Part shown: one piece after another, positions 11,649 to 22,801 of the stretch | How positions within the stretch are numbered: position 1 is the first letter of the stretch | Layout: every line of letters begins with the position of its first letter | The notes under the pieces: generated by a model | Databases searched by the model: none | The model's input: only the letters and a program-made list of their open reading frames with translations | Told to the model about the DNA's origin: nothing | NCBI RefSeq assembly: GCF_902459465.1 | Contig: NC_047080.1 | Location: forward strand, 2,604,001 to 2,668,000 | Source of the DNA: Asterias rubens | Lineage: Eukaryota | Length of the DNA stretch: 64,000 nt | Direction: 5' to 3' | Made by a program: the position numbers and the translations under genes

Positions 11649-12013
11649 AGCCATTATACACTTTCGGAACAGAATAAAAGTTCACAGATTTACAAATAAC
11701 TTATAGGGTTTATTACAGAAGGTAATGTTGAAAGACTTCTCTTGAAATATTATTACATGAAATGCTTTACTTTTTGAGAAAACATTGAAACAATTATCAA
11801 TTCTCGATATCCAGAATTACGGATTTATTTTAAACACATGTCTTGACACGGCAAAACGTGCGGAAACAAGGGTGGGTTTTTCCCATTATTTTCTCCTGAC
11901 TCCGATGACCGATTGAGCCTAAATTTTCACAGGTTTGTTATTTTATATATAAGTTGTGATACACGAAGTGTGGGCCTGTGGACAATACAGTTTACCGAAA
12001 GTGTCCAATGGCT
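11649..12013. mobile_element. TTAA-flanked MITE (Kolobok/T2-type), subfamily B
   Basis: TTAA|AGCCATTATACACTTTCGG ... CCGAAAGTGTCCAATGGCT|TTAA; reverse-orientation relative at 49966-50328. Confidence 0.85.
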
Positions 12014-12964
12014 TTAAAGAATTTTGAGAAACTTTTCACTTCAAAGAAATGTGGTTATAGATGAAGATGTTAGATTTCATCCCACAAACAGCTCATATGC
12101 CATGATGTCCTAAGCTAGACCATACCATACCACATAGAGGGGTGTCAATCAACAGGTTTTACAGAAGCATTGGTATAATTAATTGGCAAAGAAAATATTA
12201 GTTGAACATTTCCAGTGAATAACCACTAATAGTAGCTTTTAACCTCGTACTGCATCTCTTTTGAACTCCTTGCCTGAGTGCATGTTTCCCTTCATCCTAT
12301 GATCTGCCATCTTTTAAGAGGGATATAAATTCCTACCGCCAGCTCCACTGAATTTCTGCATTTCTATGATTTCTTCCTTGTAGCCCTTTACCTAGAGTGG
12401 CTTTTAGCCTTTATTAAAAAACTTTCATTCAATTTTTTGTTTTAATTCTCTGGCTGCAAAGCTAGCTTTATAAAAATAGAACTAGTTGGTAGGTTTCCCA
12501 TTCTCTGTTTTAATGTTTAAATTATTTTGTTACTGATTGGTAATTGAAAAAAACAAGTGTTTGCAGCTTGTTGAGAAGTATGGGGCAAGTCGTTTTTGAA
12601 AAATGACTTTTATTATTAAAATCTTGTTTATTTAAACACATTTTCAGAAAGAAGTTTGTTGTTTGCTTGTTGTTAGTCTGTTGTTTGTTTGTTTTCTGTT
12701 GTTTTTTTAGTTTGGGTGCACACCGAAGTGTCTTGGGGTTGAAAGGTTTGACACTATCTAAGTCATTGCCCCCCCCCCCTCCCGTCCCCGTCACCCCCCC
12801 CCCCCCACCCCCGCTACGGCCCCGTACGACGAGACCTGTAGACTTCTGATAGCGCCCTCTTGTGAACCAAATCCATTTAGCACAACGGTATGAGTGGTCC
12901 CTGCTCTGCATACTCTGTGGCATAATCACTGGTCGGCTTTCTGCTGAGTGAATGAGATTGCCGG

Positions 12965-13100
12965 TGTGGCAGGAAATTCGGTGACCCCCCCCCCCCCCCT
13001 CCATTATGTGCACACGTTTTTTTCTGATAGCGCCATCTTTTATTAATTTCCCATATAGGGGAAATATTCTCCACCGGGGACAGCTTTCCTAAGTAAGACA
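12965..13100. mobile_element. Short TGT...ACA element flanked by CCGG (Ginger-like non-autonomous)
   Basis: CCGG|TGTGGCAGGAAA ... TTTCCTAAGTAAGACA|CCGG. Confidence 0.65.
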
Positions 13101-16100
13101 CCGGCGTACGTCATTTACATTTCCACAAGTCAACTTATGTTTATTAAAACCATGGAGGTAAAGGTCTCACCCTTTCTCCATGGTCTTACTTATTCAGTCA
13201 AAGAAAAACTTCCACATGAAAAAAAAATGAAAAAAAAATGATATAATGCGTCATTTGCCCATTCATAAATCCGAGCCAATTTGTATCACGAGTGCCACTC
13301 TCCAAGAAAAGTATTTTCAATGACCATTGACATTCCCAACACTCCAGTCAGTATAAACTAGCCAACCAGTCCACCACCCCTCATGTCAACTCTGCACGTT
13401 CAAAAGTGTACAATTGGTTTCCCCAAACGCTGGAAGGACTACTTCCTGTGCGGTGTGAGGGACAGTTGCAAGGACATAGTTGGGATGAATGACATAGCTT
13501 GGTGTAGACAGAGTTAACAAAGTTGACGTCAAGTGAAGTCTAGTAACATAAAACCTCGACACCCAGTCTGCAGCATGTCGGCGACGGTGGGGTTTCATTG
13601 AAACATATTTTATTCGCAGCTTCAGACATCTAGGTGAGTGTTTTGTTCTTTTCTTTTGTAGTATTGTTCCCCCTCGTATAGGCCTACTGAAAATGAGGGG
13701 AAAACATGAAAGTTCAAACCCCCAGCCATTGATGGTTAAAGTCCATGAGGAACTTCATCATGGTTACAGTTTTCACCTGTAACCGTAATTTGAACCATAG
13801 AGCAAGGAATTGAACAAACCTCATAATTACACTGATAAGAAAAAACGTTAAAGTTGAAACTTCCACCAATGGATGGTTAATAAAACATGAAGGAAGGAAC
13901 TTCATGGTTACAGGTAAAACCTTTAACCTCAATTTTTACTGAAAAGTGTGCGAACTTTGATATCGCGATTAACATGATTGTCATTCATAAAAGGCGTTTT
14001 GTACTTAAAGTTTGAAGAAGAACAAAATTCCTCTGGGGAAATTAACAAAATACAAAAATCCTTTCACAATCACAAGGCTTTGAGAGATTTCAAAAAACAA
14101 TACATGACAAAATGTAATAATCCGTTTATCCTTCACAATGTATGGTTCCATGCGTTTCTATGGCAACATCATCAGGTAAAAATATTTGGTATCGCCACTC
14201 TGGTGGACGTACGTGCGTGAAATGAAGACTGACTGAACACATGTAGTCTTCCCAGTAGGGGGTCCTTTCCCATTGCACAACCATGGAATTAGCTGCTCCG
14301 TTGGCCAAAATGGAAATACTACATCTTGGAATACAGTTTCGCAGAAATGCTTAAAAACAATCTTGAAGGTGTTTGGGAATAACATACTGTGATCATCAGG
14401 AATGTTTTGTTACACTTTAAGTTCTACATCCATGGTTACAATTACTTGTAGAGTCACGGTATGTGGGCGGGCGTGTCGGCGAGGATGAAAGTGTGGGTGT
14501 TATTAACACACGACCATTCCCTCATTCATGCCTTTTGAAATTACCCCATGACCATTAAAAAAAACAATAGTTACTTGGTATGTAGCCTGCATTAGACCTG
14601 GAAATTCATTTTTAAAGGGCAGGGCAGTTTGTCTTTTGTAAAAAAGGGCACTTCCATCGGAAATCTTAAAGGGGAAATTGGAACTTTTTGAAGGGGCACC
14701 GAGGCGAAGGGGCACCAAGGCCAAGACTAGGGGCAGTCGAGGACTTGGTCTCCCTGGCCTGTCTGCTGCTTTCCATGCCTGCTGCACTGTATACTCATCT
14801 GTTGATAATGTAAAACATTTTGAGAAACAATATAATTGTTTTGGTGAGAATTGTCTACTTTGAGCGGCGTCTGCAGTGTGTGAACAAAGTCAAAATATTT
14901 GCAAAGCTGGTGCCACATATCCAATGACTGCGGTTCTTCTGAATTGATGGAATGGCGTAATCCGTTAAGTCTGTTTAAAAGTCAAACAAAAACATCCACA
15001 ACAAAAAATAACTCGCTGCTATTTTAAAGCCAGCTATTTTTAAATCTATTTGTAAGTATACTCAGGTAGAAAAACACACAACCCTCAAGGATATCCGAAG
15101 AACACTTCCGAAGATTTTTATGAGAGCAGTTCGCATGTGTAATAAACCATTCCACATCCACTTGAGAGGGAGAGAGTGTGTGCACACTAAACCTAAGACC
15201 CCGTTATTTAGTAGTTGTTTATTCAATACAGTTGTTTATTTGGACTTTACTTTCACTGTCGATATTTCAAGGACCCCAGTGAGAAAATCCTACACCACTT
15301 ACACATACCACCACCTTATACCCTGTGTGTGTGTCAGTAGTGCGGTGGAACATATTCACGTGCTCTCATATCCGGACAACGGACGAGGTTTTTTATCAGC
15401 GTGCACAGGCACAAACCACTACCGACAAAACAGTCTCCTGACCGGCGGAGATCTCCTCAAGAGAGCTGTCGTTTAGAATCCACGTCTGAAGGTTGTAGCA
15501 TTTTTTTCATATTCAACTGTTGAAACAGCATCTTTTCTCCATAACATGTTTAAGACATTAGGCTTAATGCGCTATAAAATCTGCGTTCCATCAGGGTGAA
15601 CCACACGACATTACGATTTTATGTTCCTGTTACTATGCTGTTACACATGGCTTCTAAAAAAACTCAATGACAACCACCGGCTTCGGCGTTCAACAAACTT
15701 CTCCACAAATTTGGGAACACTTCAATCATACCTGATACCCCCTAACTTATACAATTTTAACATTGACTCGTAGCTTTAACATACATCAACCATTAACCCA
15801 CATGTTCCTGCCACTAATTTGAAACTTTCTCCTGTGGTTTCAATCAAAGATCTTCGACTGTCTCCAAGAATTTAGCTTCCAAGAAATGTCGATCCGATGG
15901 TGTGTAGAGACAACGGGTATACCACATTACCTCTACGGTGACTTGCAGGCAGTTTGACAAGTGAAAATTAGTATAAATATGGACAATGGCCACCTGGCAA
16001 ATGATGTTATACTTGCAGTGCATGTTGTAGAGCTATAAGGTGCCCTATCGTCAAGTGAAGTTACTCACTCGACGCAGTTTAACCATCCGTGCTCAGGGCA

Positions 16101-16655
16101 AGCTTTTCCCCCTATGTGAGGAGGTGAAATCCTCGGTTGAACATCAAGAACTCGTATGGTGAGTTCCTCGTGGCGTGCTGGTCATTTAGGTTTACCGCAA
16201 GATTATGGTATCCACTCTACAAATAGAACACGGGACACCGTTGGTAATGGTGTCACCAACAAAACAATGCCGACCCCTGAACCGAACAATTGGGACAACA
16301 CGGCCCGGGAGCAGAGCTCCGTTCAACCGGCTGACTGCCAGCCGTGGCTCGCTGCTAGGACACCGGCTGATATTCAAATGGATTGTAATAATGTTACACA
16401 TTTATTTCACGAACGGTTTGTCGGAGTTGAGGCACCAACTGACGGACACCATCTCGGAAGCTAATTCGGTAACGTATAATTTTGATTACTTCCAAATAGC
16501 TTGTAATTTTTCATGATTTCATTTACTCTAGATAACTTTACTTTTTAAGAAAACCAATGTTTGTATAATGAGAAAGATTGGCAGTAATTATGTTAGCTTG
16601 GTGTTTAAACCCCTTTGTACAGTCTGCCGAGTACACTCAAAAAGGAGTATCATCC

Positions 16656-16787
16656 NNNNNNNNNNNNNNNNNNNNNNNNNNNNNNNNNNNNNNNNNNNNN
16701 NNNNNNNNNNNNNNNNNNNNNNNNNNNNNNNNNNNNNNNNNNNNNNNNNNNNNNNNNNNNNNNNNNNNNNNNNNNNNNNNNNNNNNN
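16656..16787. other. Assembly gap (132 N)
   Basis: Run of N. Confidence 1.
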
Positions 16788-17322
16788 GGCGTAGGTCTAA
16801 CTCTAACTAGAAATAACATTAATAAACAATACCGCACTTTTTATAACCAATGCGAATAATACATGTATTTACTTCTTACAGGTGGCGTGCGCAATCACTC
16901 TGTCTTAAAAACATTTATTTGTTAATAGTCAATTCAAATATTATTGTTCTTTAATTCCAGCGATATAAGGCGTGCCATACACTTTCTTATCTAGTATAAG
17001 TTGTGTGCTCATTCCTAGACTCTAACTTCCTTCCACTCTACCTCTTATGCTTACACGCAATTTTTTTTCCTCATCCGGTGTTATAATTTATAACCCGCCA
17101 GAACAGACTTTAACCTATAAATAATAAGCAATCTGAACATCATATCCCTGGGAAATAAAAGCTGTCAATAAAATTGTGGAAGTTTAAAGACATCACAGAC
17201 ACGTGCTGACTTTTTGTTGTGAGAGGCCACGTCCGAGGAAAGTTACCTAATGCGGCTATGACCTTGTTTGTGGCAGTTGTACTTGTATAACCATGGAGGA
17301 AACGGCAATGGTGAAGTATTAA

Positions 17323-17708
17323 AGACGCTGGACAGCATTATATTAACTGTCAAAGACCATTCTTCTCACATGGGGCATCTCCAGATCTCAACATATGCAC
17401 AAAATAACAAACCTGTGAAAAATTGAACTCAATTGGTCGTTGAAGTTGCGAGATAATCAAAGAAAAAACACCCTTGTCACACGAAGTTTTGTGCTTTCAG
17501 ATGCTTGATTTCGAGCAAAATCTAAATCTGGGGTCTCGAAATCAAATTCGTGGAAAATTACTTCTTTCTCGAAAACTACGGCACTTCAGAGGTAGGCTTT
17601 TCTCACAATGTTTTATACTCCCAACAGCTCCCCATTACTCGTTACTAAGTAAGTAAGGTTTTATGCTAAAAAATTATTTTGAGTAATTACCAATAGTGTT
17701 CACTGCCT
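17323..17708. mobile_element. TTAA-flanked MITE (Kolobok/T2-type), family A, reverse orientation
   Basis: TTAA|AGACGCTGGACA ... TAATTACCAATAGTGTTCACTGCCT; body matches 28799 and 33120. Confidence 0.85.
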
Positions 17709-18761
17709 TTATTCATGATCTTCACTACCCAAAAAAAAGTTAGACACTATACCTTTAAAAATGTGTTTTAATGAATATTTTCGTTCCTATACGTTTCAGC
17801 GTGTGTTGTGTGGACTTTTTTGAAGGTTTTTGAATGGTTTTGTGGTTTGGCCAAGTCTCAGGATGTGATAAACATTCATCCGTAAATTCCTCAAAATCAA
17901 AATAATAATTCTCTGAAGGTTGCGGTCTCAATACCTGTTATTTGAAGGTCTTGATATTTGTGTACACAAAATTAAAGGTATTATCAGGATTGGTGGAGCT
18001 GACAGAATACACATGAAGTTGCAGACAGTATTCGTGTTTTGTTTGTTCAATCGTGCTTAACAAAAACAAACCTTTGAAAATGTTTTGCTGTAATTGTATG
18101 GGTTAGGCGAATAAAGATTATTATAAACATAATATGCATTGTTCTTATTTTTGGTTGTATAATAATAACAACCGAAACCAGCCGTTGCTGGTTTATTAAT
18201 TTTCTTTGGGTTTTCAGATACGGTTCTCTCGAATGTGTTTCTTCATTTCGGAGGGAATTGTTTCATAAAAAGGTTTTTTTTTAGTGTGAACTTCATAATC
18301 AGTTAAGGCTAGGCCTACCTCCTTTTCTCTGCCACGTGAGGATTTATCAACAGAAAAAGAATTTAAATCCCAATCTTACGCAATCTCTCTTTACGACCCT
18401 ATATATTTAAGAGGCACTATTTATGGTTTACGTAACCTGTTACGTCTTGTGTTTACAAAGGAGCCACTGAGCCTGGACTTCCTACAGCCCAATGGCAGAA
18501 CACAAAATCTGTTATTTATCTGAGACTGCACTGTCTAATTTTGTGTCGTTTTTTTAATATGAAGAAATCTGTTTATTACGGTACAGCTGTTGATCATGTA
18601 ACTCTCGAATTTATGTGGAAAATGTAACATTTCCCATAAAACTGGTGTAATCTCGCCTGCCGGTTAATGACCTGGAATGTGCAAGGTCAATCTATTTGTA
18701 AACAAGGGTCACGTGGTCTCAACTGTTCAAAGCTCAGTCAGTATCCCTGTCCTGTGGTTAA

Positions 18762-19131
18762 AGACACTGGATTAATCGTTAGCATAAACACGAGCAACGG
18801 AAACGCCTCCCTCTGAACATGGAGGAAGAAAATAGTTTTTGAGAAGGGGGTCATTTCTTACTCAAATAATCAAATACTTAGGCTGAAGCCTTTTTATTAT
18901 GCATCTGAAAGCACACAGATAAATGCAACAAGGATATTTTTTCTTTGTCGCTAATTCGATGACTATTGAGCCCAAATGTTGTAAGTTGGTATCGTCATCA
19001 TCATCGTCATCATCATCAGTCGACTGCACGGAATGCGGACACAAGCTTTTCCCATTCTCTACCCCTCTTGTGCTCTTCACCAAGTGAGAATACCGGTCGT
19101 TGACAATTTTTACCAAAGGTGTCCAGTGCCT
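18762..19131. mobile_element. Diverged family A MITE
   Basis: TTAA|AGACACTGG ... GTGTCCAGTGCCT|TTAA with the internal GATGACTATTGAGCCCAAAT module. Confidence 0.7.
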
Positions 19132-19630
19132 TTAATGTCAATTTATTCAGTTAAGTTTTAATTTTAAACTTTTCTCTAAGACTTCTCACCATAGGCGACT
19201 GGCACGTGTTTTAGGTGATGTGGTGGGGGTCCTGCTGCCGTTCCCAACCGTAGTGTAATCCACCCTTAATCCCAATCTCATGTACGGTGAGAGATCTCTG
19301 AATCCCTGCTGTTGTTGGGCCATCCCAACCATGGAGGTAGAAATCTCCCAACTAGTATAGTTGGGGCGGCTTTTCTACAGTTGGGGGACGGAGCGTAAAA
19401 TGCAAATTTGACAGTGAATTATTCAGCTGTCCATGCTTTGTTTTCATGAGCGCTTTCTGCCTTAATACATCCGGACTTCCTCCCTGATCCGGTGAAGAAA
19501 AGATAAGGGGGTTTGGCACTCGCACCCAATCCACCCCTTGCACGCTATGGCTTCTTCTCAAATCATGCTATACCTCACACCATGGAGAAATTCTACCTCC
19601 ATGCTCACGGTAAGGACAGCCGTACACCGG

Positions 19631-20160
19631 GTACTCTATGCACATGTGTCGCATGCAATTATGTCCTCTATGCAATACTATATGGAGGACATTATACATT
19701 ATATGGAGGACACTATTGCATATGCAATAATGTCCGCCGGACGGTTTTGCATATGCAATCGTGTCCGCCCGGACGCTGCTGCATAATGCAATTGTGTCCG
19801 CCCGGACACATTTGCATATGCAGTTGTGTCCGCCCCCGTGCAAAACCGTCCTTGTAGTAAATTAAACTCCTTTGCTCGACGGAACACGTTCGCCATTTTA
19901 TTACAAGCTAAGTGCATCTCAAGAATGACATGGAAAATTAATGTTCGGCTGTTGGGTATTCGCTGCAATCATTAAATACGTGAATATTCATGCTGCATAA
20001 TCGAAGGTTCAGTGCATGCACGCTCGCTTATGTGCGCACATACATCTATCGTCCTGTACATGTCCAACGGACGGTTTTTGCATAGCCCCGGACACGATTG
20101 CATATGCAAAAATGTCCAGAGCGGACAGTATTGCATGGCGGACACATTTTGCATCTGACA
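19631..20160. mobile_element. CCGG-flanked element with inverted arrays of TGTCCGCC / TGCATATGCA subterminal repeats
   Basis: CCGG at 19627-19630 and 20161-20164; right end ...GCATCTGACA. Left block about 19640-19850 and right block about 20060-20160 are inverted around a unique centre. Confidence 0.6.
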
Positions 20161-20516
20161 CCGGGCATTGCCTGTACATCAAATTTTGCCACTGTTGTAC
20201 ATGGTGCTTTTCAATGGGGGAATTTACGTGATTCAAAAAAGGGAATCTTCGAACAAAATTCAGGAAAACTTTTGGGGATGGCAAAAAAAAAACTTGCGAG
20301 CGGGGAGCCGCGACGGGCATAGGTGGTGGGAGGAGGGCAAAGACCGACCACCCTACACGAGCAAATCCCCAACTTCGAACATGATAATATAAAGTCGATC
20401 AGGGTTGCGTGTGAAACTAAAATTTATATAGGAACCACAACTACACCCCCCCACCCGGGCCCCGAGTGATGTTTGAAGCTTTGTATGGTGTGAAGGATAA
20501 GAGGAAACTATAAGTA

Positions 20517-20558
20517 TCTCCTGACGATGATTAGAGCAAGCTAGTCGAAACGTTGAGA
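20517..20558 (+). ncRNA. Candidate minimal type I hammerhead ribozyme motif (Penelope-like-element type)
   Basis: TCTC-CTGACGA-T-GATTAG-AGCAAG-CTAGTC-GAAA-CGTT-GAGA: core boxes, 6-bp stem II, 4-bp stem I and palindromic AACGTT in place of stem III. Confidence 0.5.
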
Positions 20559-22172
20559 CCAATTCAGAACTGACTCCGCGGCAGTACAGTTAATTGCGAT
20601 CCTATAAGCTAAAGTAGTAGTCCAGTCTATTTTCTATACCATCCGCCCTGGTAATAGTTAGAAAGCAGGACAGTTCTTTTCAGAACTGAGAAGTCTCCCG
20701 AACCTCCGAATATCTACTCCGCGGCAGTAGAATAAAGCAAGACAGTTCTCTAAGAACAACTCTACCTGGCAAGTAGAGACACACATGGTGTTACCGCAAA
20801 CCAAACATACAAGTATAGACTCCTTATAATATTTAGTAAACTTGCGGATTAGCCATTTGGAAGTATTGTGGATTCTCTTCCTTGCTCCATGGGTGGACCA
20901 AAGAGCAAGGGTGGACACAATACTAATTGGTTTTAGAAAGACACTCAGACCATGGCGGTAGAACTATAGACAATGCTTATTATCTCCAAAAGGCTAATGA
21001 AGGAAGACTATAATAACATGTACCACGAAGGTACAACCATGTACAACATGTACCCTGTTTTACATGTTGTTTAGCCCCTGTTTATCTTAAAAGCTTAGTT
21101 CAGGGGTACAAAACAACCAAAAATCTGCGATCTTCAAATAAATCCCTGCTGACTCCCCCTGTTATCAAAACCAAGTCGTACGGTTCCCGCTCTCCAGTCT
21201 TCCAGAGGTTGTCAAACAGGCTGAGATATCAGAACAATTCAAAACTCGGTTAAAAACATATCTGTTTACTTTGTACAGTAATTGTTGATTTCCTTTTACA
21301 GCGCACCTCACGTTGATATGCGCTATATAAGAATGGTTTTATTATTATTATTATTATTATGATTGTACCCGCAAGTTAGCTATTATTTTACACCCACCCC
21401 ATTATCTATAAACTACATCAGTTGTTCAGCTTCATTTGAATAAATTTGAGGACCTGGGAAAAACTCCTGGGTCCAGTCCGGGAGAGTAAGGTGCCCGCAT
21501 ACCATTCCGCGTGTTTGCACCTACTCGGCGTCCTATCATTACCCCCTTGCGACCCCCAGGCCAGAGTTAATCCCCTAACAATTAATCATCACAAAATAAT
21601 TCACAAATAAAAGTAGTATTTTTGATCGAGTGTGTGTATTTATAGATTTGTGTTTATTGTTTAGATGATTTAGTTACTTGTCAGTCAATATGCAATGCAC
21701 CCAAGGTAAGGGAGCCGGGTCCTAAGTGGCGTAGCGGAAGGGGAGGGGTCAAATTGCCTCTGGAGTAGGAACATTGCTATTGTTTTCAAATAACGTAGTA
21801 ACAAACAACTCAATGTCTCATGATGGACTTTAAAGTTCCGTTTTGATCTTACTTTTCTGGTAAAAACAACATCGTTTCAACAACAAAATCGCATTATGTC
21901 CAAGATTGGTGACCCTTAAAAATAATAAAATTTTTAGTTTTTAAGTTTCGAAGGTGCAATAAACTTTCTTTAAAATTATTGCGCCTCGACACTTACTCAC
22001 TGGTTGAGTAAATCACTCAGGACGACGCCACCACAGCGGTCCGGGTCCCCTACCCCCCCCCCCCCCCCCCCCCCACCTGCACGTTCGCGTCCTGGTTGCT
22101 TGTTCAGTGCATATGGAGCATGTCTGTGTGCCACTTACTGTGTACTAGCTTACATTACATTACCCCCTGAAG

Positions 22173-22350
22173 AAAGTCACCCCCTTACAAAAAAGTCACC
22201 CCCCCCCCTTAGAAAGTCACCCCTCTCAAACTCACCCCTTACAAGTCACCCCTTCACAGAGTCACCACATGTAAAGTCACCCCTTACAAAGTCACCCCTT
22301 ACAAAGTCACCCCTTACAAAGTCAACCCCTTACAAATTCAACCCCTTACA
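22173..22350. repeat. Degenerate 15-bp minisatellite (AAGTCACCCCTTACA) within a hAT-like MITE remnant ending GGATCCGCCCCTG at about 22413
   Basis: About 11 imperfect units; gives the spurious KSPLT-repeat ORF. Confidence 0.75.
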
Positions 22351-22801
22351 GAGTCGCCACGAAAAAAAATCACGCCCCCCCCACCCCCGTTTGAGAAATC
22401 CTGGATCCGCCCCTGATACCTACATACCGCATAATATCAATCTACTTTATAGTGCCCTTGTAATTGGACCAATAACATTCCTGTAAATTTTCTCAGCTCC
22501 CTGGGGAGTATACACTTTGTGTACAACACCTTGCTGCAGTGTGGCGCTCCAGAGGCTTTTTCAAACACAATATCGACCTCTACCCTTATTAATAGCACAG
22601 CATACTTATATAGGTAGCATGTTATACTCCTGGGTACAGAGAAGCAATTATAATCAAGCATAGTGTGAGGGTATAGAGGTTGATAAGCAAGATGTTTCTG
22701 TGCTAATGGGCTTTATGACAATTGTTTAAAAAACGTGCCCTCGTGTCCATCGTTGCAAGGTTGTTGTTTTTAAAGTGGTTGAATTTATTTGGTATAAACA
22801 G

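Noticed and set aside
12522-13013. Gly-rich 163-aa ORF and poly-G/poly-C tracts (G-quadruplex candidates)
   Set aside because: Homopolymer tracts inside repeat elements, common across the window and prone to sequencing error.
14126-14385. WEDYMC...F resembling a C-type lectin WxDxxC motif
   Set aside because: The other conserved Cys/Trp residues and usable splice sites are absent.
15600-16520. Possible decayed LINE or coding remnant (e.g. KFLETVEDL on minus)
   Set aside because: Frequent stops and no RT or endonuclease motif that I can support; it would need tBLASTn or a Dfam search.
16568-16859. ORFs spanning the N run
   Set aside because: Artefacts of translating the gap.
22004-22486. 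160-aa Pro-rich/KSPLT-repeat ORF
   Set aside because: Made of a poly-C tract and a 15-bp minisatellite within a MITE remnant; no splice support.
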